DNA of 63,882 bases, counting the filler, from Chiloscyllium plagiosum (Eukaryota), in NCBI RefSeq assembly GCF_004010195.1. It is 3 parts of one record of this genome, joined end to end, with 100 filler letters (N's around TTAATTAATTAA, not from the genome) between each part and the next. Parts side by side here need not be neighbours in the genome. Positions count along the whole stretch, not along the records: positions 31,333 to 60,177 come from NC_057716.1; positions 60,278 to 63,882 come from NC_057716.1; 1 more part is not named here. One strand, 5' to 3'. The notes under the pieces were generated by a model, which was not told the origin of the DNA, searched no databases, and saw only the letters and a list, made by a program, of their open reading frames with translations. A program made the translations under genes and the position numbers. Below are positions 50,700 through 63,882 of this stretch, one piece after another (the first letter of the stretch is position 1; each line of letters opens with the position of its first letter).

Positions 50700-52000
50700 A
50701 ACTAATTTCTACCCTCAACCTACTATTCATCATTGATGCTCAACTCTGACTCCGCTAAGTCTACTTACCTCATTACAATGAAATATGGACCAAAGAATTT
50801 AACTTAAAAGACATGGTGAGTATGATGGTCATTAACGTCAAAACAGCATTTCACTGAGAATAACATAAAGGGGCCTCTGAAGGCAATAGAAATTGTTGGA
50901 AAACTCTCCACTCACTGGAATTGCAACTTGCACAAAGGAAGATGGTTGTAATTATTAGAGTGCATAGAGTCATAGAGTCATAGAGATGTACACCTTGGAA
51001 ACAGACCCTTCGGTCCAACCTGTCCATGCCGACCAGATATCCAAACCCAATCTCGTCCCACCTGCCAGCACCCGGCCCATATCCCTCCAAACCGTTCCTA
51101 TTCATATACACATCCAAATGCCTCTTAAATGTTGCAATTGTACCAGCCTCCACCACATCCTCTGGCAACTCATTCTATACATGTACCACCTACTGCATGA
51201 AAAAGTTGCCCCTTAGGTCCCTTTTATATCTTTCCCCTCTCACCCTAAACATATGCCCTTGAGTTCTGGACTCCCCGACCCCAGGGAAAAAACTTTGCCT
51301 ATTTATTGCAATAGCTCAGTCTTGGGATACCACCACTGGAGTTCTTCATGGAAGATTCCTAGACCTAATTATTTTCAGATGCTTCATTAATGGCCTTCCT
51401 TCCATCATAAGATTAAAGATGAAGATATTTGCTGATGATTGCACAATGTACAGCATAATTTATGACTCCTCAGATACTGAAGCAATCCATACCTAGATAC
51501 AGCAAGATCTGGCCAACATTCAGATTTGTGATGATAAGTGGCAAGTAATATTCACAGAACATGAGTGTCACACTATGACCAGCTCTAACATAGATAACAT
51601 AACCATCTTCCCTTGATATGCAATGACATTACAATCACTGAATCCTCGATCATCAATATTCTGAGGATTACTATTGGCCAGAAATTGAACCAGGCCAGCC
51701 AAAAAAAAAGCATTTATAAGAGCAGGTTAGAAGCTAGGAGTCCTGCAGTTAGTAACTCACCTCCTTGTTCCTCAAGTTCTGTTCACCATCTACAATGCGT
51801 AAGTTTGGGTGTGATAGTATATTCTTCATTGGCTTGACAAGTGCACCTCCAACAACATTCCATTTCATGCCTCACATCATCCTGTGACTGGGTCAAAACG
51901 GCCTTCCTAATTGCACTATAGGTGTTTCTACACCACACGGACTCGAGTAGTTGCAACAAATTCTTGCAGATTCGGCGACACCCACATCTTGCGAAATTAC
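50700..52000 (+). mobile_element. Old LINE RT with nested CR1 3' end (50965-51305, minus)
   Basis: FADDCT-type RT remnant at ~51428; CR1 tail (CATAGAGT)n. Confidence 0.7.
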
Positions 52001-52699
52001 ATTAAAATAAATAACGAGAAGAAATCATTTCACAGATAATCCTAAAGTAATTGAACCCTTTAAAAGGTACAGGTGAATGTTCCTATCTGCTGTTTACTGA
52101 CTATCCAGCTATCTATATTTAAGTGAGGTCATCAACTGAAACAGTATTGGCATCAAATTAGGCTTACATGCTGACTGACATTACAATCTGCCTATTTAAC
52201 ATTCTGCCAGTGTATGGTCCTAGCTAATGTCCTTGAATGGTGTCCAATGCAAACTGCATTGCATGCAACTGAGATATCAACATCACTTTGGTTTTAAAAT
52301 TTCATCTATTGTGCTACAACCAGGACAAAGGTGGCACTACTGCACCGAACAGTGTGATCTAATTTGCATGACCTTTTGAAACTGCAACTTTACTTTCCTC
52401 CACTTGGTGGCTCTCTCACTCTGTCATGCTGAATGTGGACCTATATCTGTTGTGGTGGTAAGTATGATCTACATTTGCAATAATATGGGAATAAAATAGT
52501 TTATAATGAAATATATATTAGTTATGCTGGCAGGAACAAGTCAAGCACATTGTTATGCTAGTGAAACACAGTTCTTGGAACTGAAGGAACCATTGCCATA
52601 TCAAAGGGGTTCTGCCAATAACAAATGATAATTTTCCCCTCTGAGTTTCAGCTCATTGCAGCTGAGGACTAGCAGATTGTGTTGTACAAAATAATAATT

Positions 52700-54475
52700 C
52701 TAAAATGTAGTAGTGATAGGGGATAGAATAGTTGGGGGATTCAATGTTGTTCTTTGCAGCAAAGACAGAGAATCCAGAAGGCAGTGTTGCCTACCTGGTG
52801 CCCAGGTTCAGGACATCTCTTCTGTGCTAGAGAGGAACTTGGAGTGGGAGGGGAAATATCCAGTTGTTACGTACCATGTAGTTACAAACAACATGGGTAA
52901 GACTAGGAAGTGTTTTGTTGAGGGATTATGGAGAGTTTAGGGCAAAATAAAATAAAGCCGATCTACAAAGGTAATAGTTTCAGGATTTCTGCCTCAGCCA
53001 TATGAAAAATGGTGAAGGTAAATAAGATTATGGAGATAAATACATGGCTCAAAGATTGGTGTGGGAGAAATGGGTTCTGGTTCATAGGGGCACCGATAAA
53101 AATTCTGGGGAACGAGAACATGGTCCCATTGGGATGGGCATCATTACTTTATATAACATCCCTACAGTGTGGAAACTCGCCATTTGGTCCTCGTGCCCAC
53201 ACCAACTCTCTGGAATGCATACCACCGCTGAGACCAGTGTCCTGGTCTCCCTATCCTTACAACTCTGCATTTCCCAAGGCTAAACCACCTAACCTGCATA
53301 TCCCTGGACACTATGGGCAATTTACCATGGCCAGTCCACCTAACCTACAAATTTTTGGATTGTGGGAGGAAACAGGAACACCCAGAGGAAACAGACACAG
53401 AACCTGGGGAGAATGTGCAAACTCCACACAGCCACCCAAGGGTGAAATTAAATTGAACCTGGGTCCCTAGAGCTGTGAGGCAGCAATGCCAACCACTGTG
53501 CTACCGTGCCAATAATTTGGGCTATGCTGAGACCAGTGTCCTGGTGAATTGTATATATAGGGTTATAAATAGGGTATTGAGCTATTTAGTGGATGGAGGG
53601 ATCAAATGAAGGGAAGTTTAAATAATTAAAAAGAAATGAGACAGCAATGGAACATGGCAGTGAAAACGTAAATGACAATCAATGTTTGACAGGAAGAGAC
53701 AGAAAGTATAAACATCTCAATCAGATTAAGTAATAATAGGGAAGAAAGTCAAAAGTTAAAGGTCTTTATCTTGGAGTGCAGGTTCATAGCTCCTTGAAAG
53801 TGGAGTCGTAGCTAGATAGGATAGTGAAGAAGGCATTTGGTATGCTTTCTTTTGTTGGTCAGAGTATTGAGTACAGGAGTTGGGAGGTCATGTTGCGGCT
53901 GTACAGGACATTGATTAGGCCACTGTTGGAATGTTGCATGCAGTTCTGGTCTCCTTCCTATCAGAAAGATGTTGTGAAACTTGAAAGGGTTCAAAAAAAG
54001 ATTTACAAGGATGTTGCCAGGGTTAGAGGACTTGAGCTATAGGCTGAATAGGCCGAGGCTGTTTTCCCTGGAGCATCAGAGGTTGAGGGGTGACCTTTAT
54101 AGAGGTTTATAAAATCATGAGAGGTATGGATAGGATAAATAGACCAAGTCTTTTCCCTGGGGTGGGGGAGTCCAGAACTAGAGGGCATTGGCTTAAAGTG
54201 AGAGGGGAAAGATATAAAAGAGACCTAGGGGGCAACCTTTTCACACAGTGGGTGGTACATGTATGGAATGAACTGCCAGAGGAAGTGGTGGAGGCTGGTA
54301 CAATTGCAATATTTAAGAGGCATTTGGATGGGTATATGAATAGGAAGGGTTTGTTGGGACATGGGCCGGGTGGTGGCAGGTGGGACTAGATTGGGTTGGA
54401 ATATCTGATCGGCATGGACGGGTTGGGCCGAAGGGTCTGTTTCCATGCTGTACATCTCTATGACTATGACTCTAT
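52700..54475 (+). mobile_element. CR1 ORF1 esterase remnant with nested SINE, followed by CR1 3' fragment
   Basis: VIGDRIV..CCLPGAQVQDI; ORFs 53824..54042 and 54090..54389. Confidence 0.85.
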
Positions 54476-55059
54476 ATCTGAGCTATGCTTTTGAGGTTAT
54501 TTAGCATTTCCTTTTCTCCCACCAGCTGTAAAACCACCCTACAATGGATTACATTGATGGCTGTACTCTTATTTTGCTATTAATCAGCTAATTAAAAAAA
54601 AAGTCAAGGCCACAATCTTTAGGAATGGCAGTGGTTAAATGTTTCATGTCTCCATCTGGTTTAATGTACAGCTTATAGTGTAGAGAGAAACAAAAATCCC
54701 ACTTCCACAAATGAGACAACAGTTCGCAAGCTGCTACAATATTGAACATCACTTTCATTTTATTTGAGGTATTTTATATATCTGAAGTACTTCTAAGAAA
54801 ATGTAATAATTGATCTTTATCAATTGACCTATCAATGCATGCCAAATGTATAATGCATAAAATAAATCAGGGACATCATAATTAGGTCCTTTGTTAGATT
54901 TAATTTTCTTAGTAATATAAACGTTTAGGTTTCACAACAGTGCATAACTAATCAATAAATGGTCTTGTTCCAATGTTAACTGTAAATGGCTTCCCAAAGT
55001 TTCAGCTATTTCAATCAAGGACAGAAATTTTCTGAAAATTATTTCATAAAATTTTCAAG

Positions 55060-56439
55060 GTGAAATATTCAATGGGCAGAATTAATCTTTCACATCCGCT
55101 TTTGTATGTTTTGCTTTCAATAGACATTGACCTGTACAGCCAGCTGGCAGGACAGATAACCAGTCTGTGAGCTCTGCTGTGATTTTCAGCCATAACATTA
55201 CTCCATGAATCAGTGATGAGAAGGCACTCATGTAAAGTGCTGTGCCACTTCATATCCTTTAGCGAATGAAACAGACATGCTGCAGACAGAGGGCTCACCC
55301 TACAGTAGGGTTTATACTTGCAAATACATCTTAAGAACTTATCCCACTCAGCTTTCCTTCTTGTAATTAGTTTCAAAAACTGTTTGAGTAAATTCAGGTT
55401 ATGCCTAACTAATTTGTAATCTATATATGTGTTCCTGAGCTTGGGTTCTACTATATTAATTTACAGGTTTGATATGCAACAAGAAAAAATAAATGTGAAA
55501 TGTTCAACCACAATGATGATTCTCACTCCCTTTCCTCTCTATATCATATATAGCTATTGTTTCCTGCTTATTTGACTGTTTTAAATAGAATAAAATTATT
55601 ATGCATTTATTGGTTCAAACTTACTTGTTTAATATCAATATATTAGTATTGAATTTGTCTTTTTTATGTAGAGAAAATTAAAAGGACTACAATGATTTGA
55701 TAGTATTAGTTGATGGAACAGAGTGTAAGAAAAGTGATTGCTTTACATTAACTTCATGAAATAGTCTACTTCAATACCTTAAGTGACAGGATCACGATTG
55801 AAAGAATATACTTTTAGTGGCCATTTCTGATTCCAGCAAGAACAATTCTGTGGTAAGTTTACTTCAATTCCTTTGTTTTTTAAGATTGCACAACTTATAA
55901 TCAGTGCACAAATGTATCCTGTTTGTTTTGGTGTGAAGCTGTGAATTTAAATGCAGTACTTGTATTCACCCTGATAATTTATGAAGGGATGGAAGATTAA
56001 TTCTCAAAATGAAACAAGCACAACATAGACACTATCAGTGCCACCACCACATTCATCTGTGTGACTGCAAAGCTTTAACTTTAATCTTATCTATATAAGT
56101 TTAATGAAGATGCTATTTTGCTACAATTATTCTTGAAACTTCCTGGATATTGAAAATGCAAAAAAAAAACCTTGATTTTATTGGATGCCGAATTCATTTT
56201 TATTACAATGGGTTACATCATTTATTCCCATTCACCAACTGTGTAAGGACAAAAAGGAAAGAGCCATTGAGTTGGAGAATATTGAGCAGCTACTTAAATA
56301 ATAAGAAAATTAAGGCTGTAGGAGTGGTGATACATGATTAAATTCATTTTCGAAGAAGAAGGTTTGTTGAATTGTGAAAGAGATTGCTGGGAAATATGCT
56401 ATTGCAAATAATTTAGGAAGAGGGACATTGCGCAATCAG
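55060..56439 (+). pseudogene. Pseudo-exons: further GG/ILEI repeats (55060-~55380, 55672-55852, 56100-56439)
   Basis: FNGQN*SFTSAFV vs VNGTDFTFRSAGV; LIVLVDGT..FTLTS*NSLLQYLK*QDHD*KNILLVAISDS; LDFIGCR vs MAFVGFK; consensus donors gtaagt and gtaaga. Confidence 0.65.
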
Positions 56440-57223
56440 GTAAGAAAACAAAAAGCCTATGCATCGCAAACAAAAGGATGCACTTTAAAACTAATAATTT
56501 AGAATTTAAAGTGCATTGTTGCTTCCACTGTCTTCAGATTCCCAATCTTAATCAATCACTGCATAACAAGGCTTTTCTTCTTGTTGATATTGGCTATTTT
56601 GCTTTTCATCTTCTATCTGTGTCCTTTAGCCTGTGGTCCTTTCCATAATCTTCTCTCTACCAACTCTGTCTACACTACTTATGGTTTTGAATATCTGTAT
56701 CAAATCGAGTCTCAATCTTCTCCTCTTCTCCAGAAAAACATAGTTTTTATCCACACAATTGAAGTCCTCATCCTGGGTATCATTCTCGAAAATCTTTTTT
56801 GCCCCTTTTCTAAAGATGTTAACTTGCTTCCCAAATTGTGATTCAATACCACAATTGAGGCCAACCTAGGTTTTTAAAAATGTCTATGATAACTTTCTTG
56901 ATTCTGTACACTATTTGTGGCTCTACTTTTAAGTCTAGGATTCCATTTGGCCTTGTAACAACTTTCTAATTTGTTAACTGTCAAAAATATGTGCACATAC
57001 ACATATCAGATCTTCCTACATTTTGTTTAGGGAAGTATTTTCAATCTGGTTTAAAATCATATTGAAGAAAAGTAATGTAGACTTGTGACTAACTATAAAA
57101 TTCAAAGTTGCAACATATTCCACTTGACTAGATATGATCAAGGTTAAAGACCAATTTATTTTTGAACAGAAAAAGGCCATTCACCTCCTGTCATAATGAC
57201 CGTATGCGTCAGATTTTCATCAG

Positions 57224-58334
57224 GTAGGTGGGAAACAGAATTTGGGAATTGCTTTAATGTCGTGATCCCAACTTGTGTACACTTCCAGAGGATCAGTTTG
57301 AAAAGGCCTGAACAGAGAGAGAAAGAGACTTTTTATAATTCCAGGGGTTTTATGGAGCCACAAATTATGCTTGTGTCTTCCAGAACAGCATGAATATATA
57401 GATCCATAATGCTTGACACTGAAGCTCACGTTCACCATTGTAAGGTTGTGTTGAGAATAGACTGCAAACTTTTGCTTCTTTTGAATAATTGTTCAACTTA
57501 TCCCTTCGTGGAACAATTAAATGTTTTTTCTTAGATATCCACCCCATCCCTCCAACCACTTGTTTGTATTCAGTCAAGGGGCCAGGGTGTTATTAAATCA
57601 TACTGTATATTGGAACAGGAGTAAGCCATTCAGCCCGTTGAACCTGCTTTGCCATTTAATACAATCATGGGTGATCAAACCTTCAATGCCATTTCCCCAC
57701 ACTATCTCCAAAAATTGGAATAGGAACGGGCCACTCAGCCCATTGAACCATCTGCTTTCTTTTACATTCCATTCAACCATTGAAGAAACAAAATATTGTA
57801 GCACTCATCTGTTCCCTCAACTTTGTCTGCATTATCTCATTCTGATATTTTGGGAATGAAATCATGGAAGACATTTGGATAAGTATTTTTTTTTAAATTA
57901 TTTCTTTATATTGTTTTATTATTGTTACAAATTTCAAGTAAACACCAATATCTATCTTTTGTTTTCCATTACACATACTTGTGGTTAAGCATACTACTTC
58001 ACTGTGTAATCCAGAAAATGTTAAAATCCAGTCATCATTTGGTTCCAAACATTTCAGATTGGAGAGTTTACAGTGTATTAATTCTATTAAATAAGAATCA
58101 TTTTAGCACATGCTGATATCAAAATTTGCCCTAGGGTGCAGTGTTGAGTGTAAAGTGATCCTGCATTGTTGGGACAAGCAGTGGAACCAATGTTCTGTAA
58201 TTCCTTGCTTCAAAACTGTGCCCACTGAAAACACATTATTAGATAACATCATAATACAAAATGAAATTTGTGCTATGTTTAGTGAATGTTCAGAAGTAAT
58301 CATACTACAGACTTTTGTGAGGGCCATTGCATGA
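57224..58334 (+). pseudogene. Last two pseudo-exons: final GG domain (57224-57444, 58107-58334)
   Basis: VVIPTCVHFQR..QIMLVSSR vs VVDPCSVPFRL..SIVLLSTR; ALGCSVECK..CWDKQW vs FLGFSGNFKPSWTKLF; stop at 58332-58334. Confidence 0.78.
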
Positions 58335-59977
58335 GAATTGCGATATAAACAAGTCAGCTCAAAGTTAATCTGGAAAATTCATGGAAAAATTACTTTTAAC
58401 AAGTTACAAGTACCGAGACAACTATGTTGAGAGGGGAAGCTTTAATCCAAATTATATTCATTGAATTTCAGTCAAGGTCACTCATCTATAGACTGAGAAT
58501 ATATACAAAGGCACAAGATGGGTCATGTGGTTTTCCTGAAATAGTTTCCTGAAGATGTGGTACCGCAATATTAAATACAACAGCTGGTACTTTGAATTGC
58601 AATATTTGGACTGCAACAAAAATATAAATTGGAAAATAACTAAAGATCATTGCCTCCTTTCATCACACTTTCTAATATTTCACTGTCTCCTGTCCTCCCC
58701 TGAATGCAGAATAAATACATTTACATTTACATATTGCCTTTCCCAAGTGCAAGATATTCATAGCGCTTCACACCCAACAAAGCGTGGAGTCCCAGAGAGA
58801 TGCAACACGGAAACAGACCTTTATGTCTAACTCATCCAGGCCAACCAGATATCCTAAATTAATTGAGAAACAAAACAGAAGCTGCTGCAAAATCTCAGCA
58901 GGCCTGGCAGCATCTGTCGAGTGAAATCAGAGTTAATATTTCGGGTCAAGTGACCTTCTTCACAGGAACGATCTGAGGAAGGGTCAATTTAGAGGAAGGT
59001 TTAGGACTGATGGACTCTTTTTAACCTCTATCTTTCTATATGTTTCCCCTTATTCTTAAATTGTTCAAAATTATGCCGGAACATGGCTACATTGGAAAAG
59101 CTTTTCACTGTATTTAACTGTTTTTCTCACATTAAAATACATGCAACAATAAATCATTCATTTCAATTAAATTTGAGGTCACATCTTGAACAGGGCAGCG
59201 TGGTGGTACAGTGGTTAGCATTGCTGCCTCACTGTGCAAGGGAACGGGTTTGGTCCCTGCCTCGGGAGACTATGTGGGTGTGGAGTTTGTTCACTCTCCC
59301 CATGTCTGCATGGATTTCCTCCGGGTGTTCGGTATCCTTCCATGGTCCAAAGATATGCATGTTAGTTGGATCATCCACGCTAAATTGCCCATAGTGTCCA
59401 GGCATGTACAGGCTTGGGGATGCATTAGTCATGGAAAGTGCAGGGTTACAGGGTAGGGGAGTAGGTCCTACCCTGGAGGGAAGGTAAGGGCTTGATGGGC
59501 CAAAAGGTCTGCAGGATTATCATATGAAAAATCAATGCCAGGTCATAGAGTCAGTTGACATGGAAACAGACCCTTCAGTCCAACTCATCCATGCTAACCA
59601 AGTTTCCAAAACTAAACTAATCCCACTTGCCCATATTTGGTCCATATCCCTCTAAACGTTTCCTAACCATACCTATCCAAATGTTTTTTTATCTTTGTAA
59701 CTGTACCTGCATTTATCACTTCCTCTGACAGTTCAATCCACATATGAACCACCTTCTGTATGAAAAAATTGCCCTTCAAGTCCCTTTTAAATTCTTCTCC
59801 TCTCATCTTAAAAATATGCCCCCACCATAGGGAAAGGAACTTTGCGATTTACCTTATCAATGGCCCTCATAATTTTATAGAGGTAAAAACAATGACTGCA
59901 GATGCTGGAAACCAGATTCTGGATCAGTGGTGCTGGAAGAGCACAGCAATTCAGGCAGCATCCGAGGACAGGCAAAA

Positions 59978-60008
59978 TCGACGTTTCGGGCAAAAGCCCT
60001 TCATCAGG
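59978..60008 (-). ncRNA. Minimal type I hammerhead ribozyme in a Penelope tail (intact core)
   Basis: CCTGATGA-A-GGGC-TTTT-GCCC-GAAACGTC-GA: complete core, stem II, palindromic ACGT stem III and GUC triplet. Confidence 0.8.
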
Positions 60009-60177
60009 AATAAAGGCAGAGAGCCTGAAGCGTGGAGAGATAAGCTAGAGGGGGGGGGGGGGGGGGAGAGAGTAGCATAGAGTACAATAGGTCAGTGGGG
60101 AAGGAGATGAACGTGATAGGTCAGGGAGGAGAGGGTGGAGTGGATAGGTGGAAAAGGAGCTGGGCAGGTCCGACAAG

Positions 60178-60277
60178 NNNNNNNNNNNNNNNNNNNNNNN
60201 NNNNNNNNNNNNNNNNNNNNNTTAATTAATTAANNNNNNNNNNNNNNNNNNNNNNNNNNNNNNNNNNNNNNNNNNNN
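60178..60277. other. Assembly gap with TTAATTAATTAA spacer
   Basis: N runs. Confidence 0.97.
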
Positions 60278-60499
60278 GAATGCAGGAGTCCAATTCTGGA
60301 AGGGGCGTGAGGTGGAGGGGAGGGAGAAATGAGGTGGGGGAGTGGGTGGTGGATGGGAATGGAAAGGTACTGAGTTGGCAGGACTGAGAGGCATTGTGAG
60401 GGAGAGAATGGAGTATAAAAGTAGGGAGGTTTTTCTAAAACTATACAACGCACTAGAGTTCAGAGTGTGGTGCTGGAAAGGCACGGAAGGTCAGGCAGC

Positions 60500-62920
60500 G
60501 TAGAGATGTACAACATGGAAACAGTCCCTTCAGGCCAACTTGCCTATGCCGGCCAGATATCCCAACCCAATTTAGTCCCACCTGCCAGCACCCGGCCCAT
60601 ATCCCTCCAAACTCTTCCTATTCGTATACCCATCCAAATGCCTTTTAAATATTGCAATTGTACCAGCCTCCACCACTTCCTCTGGCAGCTCATGCCATAC
60701 ACATACCACCACCCTCTGAGTGAACTAGTTGCCCCTTAGGTCTCTTTTATGTCTTTCTCCTCTCACCCTAAACCTATGCCCTCTAGTTCTGGATGCCCCA
60801 AACCAGGAAAGAGACTTTGCCTATTTATCCTATCCATGCCCCTCATGATTTTGTAAACCTGCTATATGGTCACCCCTCAGCCTCCGACGCTCCAGGGTAA
60901 ACAGCCCCAGCCTGTTCAGCCTCTCCCTATAGCTCAAATCCTCCAACCCTGGCAACATCCTTGTAAATCTTTTCTGAACCCATTCAAGTTGCACAACATC
61001 TTTCCGATAGGAAGGAAACCAGAATTGCACGCAATGTTCTAACAGTGGCCTAACCAATGTCCTGTACCGCCACAACATGACCTCCCAACTCCTGTACTCA
61101 ATACTCTGACCAATAAAGGAAAGCATACCAAACGCCTTCTTCACTAACTTATCTACCTGCGACTCCACTTTCAAGGATCTCTGAACCTGCACTCCAAGGT
61201 CTCTTTGTTCAGTAACACTCCCGAGGACCTTACCATTAAGTGTATAAGTCATGCTAAGATTTGCTTTCCCAAAATGCAGTATCTCACATTTATCTAGATT
61301 AAACTCCATCTCCCACTTCCTCAGCCCATTGACCCATCTGATCAAGATCCCGTTGTATTCTAAGGTGACCACCTTCACTGTCCACTACACCTCCAATTTT
61401 GGTGTCATCAGCAAACTTACTAACTGTACTTCTTATGCTCACATCCAAACCATTTATATAAATGATGAAAAATAGTGGACCCGGCACCACTGGCACTCCA
61501 CTGGTCACAGACTTCCAGTCTGTAAAACAACCATCCACCACCACCCTCTGTCTTCTACCTTTGAGCCAGTTCTGTATCCAAATGGCGAGTTCTCCCTGTA
61601 TTCCATGAGATCTAACCTTGCTCGAATGCCTTACTGAAGTCCATGTAGATCACATCTACTGGTCTGCCCTCATCAATCCTCTTTGTTACTTCTTCAAAAC
61701 AATCAATCGATTTTGTGAGACATGATTTCTCACGCATAAAGCCATGTTGACTATTCCTAATCAGTCCTTGCCTTGCCAAATACATGTACATCCTGTCCCT
61801 CAGGATTCCTTCCAATAACTTGCCCACCACCGACATCAGGCTCACTGGTCTATGGTTCCCTGGTTTGTCCTTACCACCTTTCTTAAACAATGACACCATG
61901 TTAGCCAACCTCCAGTCTTACTCACCTGTGACTATCAATGATCCAAGTATCTCAGTAAGAAGCCCAGCAATCACTTCTCTAGCTTCCCACAAGAGTTCTA
62001 AGGTACACCTGATCAGGTCCTGGGAATATATCCACCTTTACCTGTTTCAAGACATCCAGCACTTCCTCCTCTGGAATATGGACATTTTTCAAGATGTCGC
62101 CATCTATTTCCCTGCATTCTATATCTTTCATGTCATTTTCCACAGTACATACTGATGCAAAATACTCGTTTAGTATCTGCCCCCCCCTCCTGCAGCTCCA
62201 CACAAAAGCCGCCTTGCTGATCTTTGAGGGGCGCTATTCTCTGCCTAATTACCCTTTTGTCCTTAATGTATTTGTAAAAACCCTTTGGATTCTCCTTAAC
62301 TGTATTTACCAAAGCTATCTCATGTCCCCTTTTTGCCCTCCTGATTTCCCTCTTAAGTATACTCCTACTGTCTTTATACTCTTCTAAGGATTCACTTGAT
62401 CTATCCTGTCTATACCTTACATATGCTTCCTTCTTTTTCTTGACCAAATCCTCAATTTCATTAGTCATCCAGCATTCCTTATACCTACCAGCCTTTCCTT
62501 TCACCCTAACAGGAATATACTTTCTCTGGGCTCTCGTTATCTCATTTTTGAAGGCTTCCCATTTTCCAGCCATCCCTTTACCTGCGAACATCTGCACCCA
62601 ATCAGCTTTTGAAAGTTCTTGCCTAATACCATCAAAATTGGCCTTTCTCCAATTTAGAACTTCAACTTTTAGATCTGGTCTATCCTTTTCCATCACTATT
62701 TTAAATTTAATAGAATTATGGTCGCTGGCCCCAAAAGGGCTCGCCCACTGACACCTCAGTCAGCTGCCCTGACTTATTTCTCAAGTGTAGGTCAGAATTT
62801 ACACCTTCTCTAGTAGTTACATTCACATTCTAAATCAGAAAATTTTCTTGTACACACTTAACAAATTGCTCTCAATCTAAACCCGTAACACTATGGCAGT
62901 CCCAGTTTGTGTTTGGAAAG
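60500..62920 (-). mobile_element. CR1 LINE ORF2 (endonuclease end to 3' UTR), degenerate
   Basis: ORFs 62133..62696, 61612..61908, 61299..61544 and 60830..61378. Confidence 0.95.
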
Positions 62921-62924
62921 ATAG

Positions 62925-63080
62925 CTGCAGGAGAATCGACGTTTCAGGCAAAAGCCTTTCACCAGGACATTCCTGATGAAGGGCTTTTGGCCGAAACATT
63001 GATTGTCCTGCTCCTCAGATGCTGCCTGACCTGCTGTGCTTCTCCAGCATCACATCTTCAGTATCTGCAGTGCTGACTTT
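62925..63080. mobile_element. Inverted pair of Penelope tails centred on the hammerhead
   Basis: GAATCGACGTTTCAGGCAAAAGCCTTTCACCAGGA-CAT-TCCTGATGAAGGGCTTTTGGCCGAAACATTGATT. Confidence 0.8.
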
Positions 63081-63179
63081 TGCCTATACGAGGCACTAGT
63101 CAGACAACAGCTAATATTATAAACTGTTTTAGGCCTTTTATGTAAGGAAAGATATACTGGTATTGGAGGCAGTCCAGAG

Positions 63180-63882
63180 TTATAGAACAGAGAACAATAC
63201 AGCGCAGTACAGGCCCTTCGGCCCTCGATGTTGCGCCGATCCAAGCCCACCTAACCTACACTAGCCCACTATCCTCCATATGCCTATCCAATGCCCGCTT
63301 AAATGCCCATAATGAGGGAGAGTCCACCACTGCTACTGGCAGGGCATTCCATGAACTCACGACTCGCTGAGTAAAGAACCTACCCCTAACATCTGTCCTA
63401 TACCTACCACCCCTTAATTTAAAGCTATGCCCCCTTGTAATAGCTGACTCCATACGTGGAAAAAGATTCTCACTGTCAACCCTATCTAAACCCCTAAATC
63501 ATCTTATACTCCTCTATCAAGTCACCCCTAAACCTTCTCTTCTCCAATGAAAACAACCCCAAGTGCCTCAGCCTTTCCTCATACGATCTTTCTACCATAC
63601 CAGGCAACATCCTGGTAAACCTCCTCTGCACCCGTTCCAGTGCCACCACATCCTTCCTATAGTATGGCGACCAAAACTGCACACAATACTCCAGATGCGG
63701 ACGCACCAGAGTCTTATACAACTGCAACATGACCTCAGTACTCCAGAACTCAATTCCTCTACCAATAAAAGCCAGTACGCCATATGCATTCTTCACCGCA
63801 CTATTTACCTGGGAGGCAACTTTCAAAGATCTGTGTACATGGACAACAAGATCCCTCTGCTCATCCACACTACCAAGTACCC
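63180..63882 (-). mobile_element. CR1 3' fragment (different subfamily)
   Basis: ORFs 63494..63868 and 63256..63453. Confidence 0.92.

Larger units (their letters stand above)
13035..58334 (+). pseudogene. CEMIP2-like: Degenerate multi-exon CEMIP2/TMEM2-CEMIP family (hyaluronidase-like) pseudogene
   Basis: About 20 remnants, most bounded by AG/GT, translate (with stops and frameshifts) to peptides colinear with human TMEM2/CEMIP as recalled from memory. See the exon entries. Confidence 0.82.

Noticed and set aside
55044..55376. Minus-strand 110-aa ORF (and other short ORFs such as 40358..40633) as genes
   Set aside because: No recognisable motifs; they are antisense shadows of plus-strand pseudo-exons or repeats.

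Overview
Repeat-rich vertebrate genomic DNA, most likely from a shark or other cartilaginous fish (HE1/V-SINE-type SINEs, many CR1 LINEs and Penelope-like elements). There are two assembly gaps and no intact host gene. Main contents: (1) A decayed endogenous retrovirus on the minus strand (1-6888): 5' LTR, a perfect tRNA-Trp primer-binding site, gag, protease, a 2H-phosphoesterase domain with both HxT motifs intact between protease and RT, and RT running off the left edge. It is inserted in a Penelope element, and its gag is rearranged by a young Penelope insertion. (2) A heavily degenerate multi-exon pseudogene on the plus strand (~13.0-58.3 kb), largely invisible in the ORF track. About 20 exon remnants match the CEMIP2/TMEM2-CEMIP hyaluronidase family in the correct order, and it appears to end in about four tandem GG/ILEI domains instead of one. 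(3) Several Penelope-like families whose tails carry minimal hammerhead ribozymes, including short and palindromic insertions with target-site duplications (TSDs). (4) CR1s, SINEs, solo LTRs, a Gypsy fragment and a Tc1/mariner-type MITE. All protein comparisons were made by eye against remembered human or viral sequences and need confirmation by database search.
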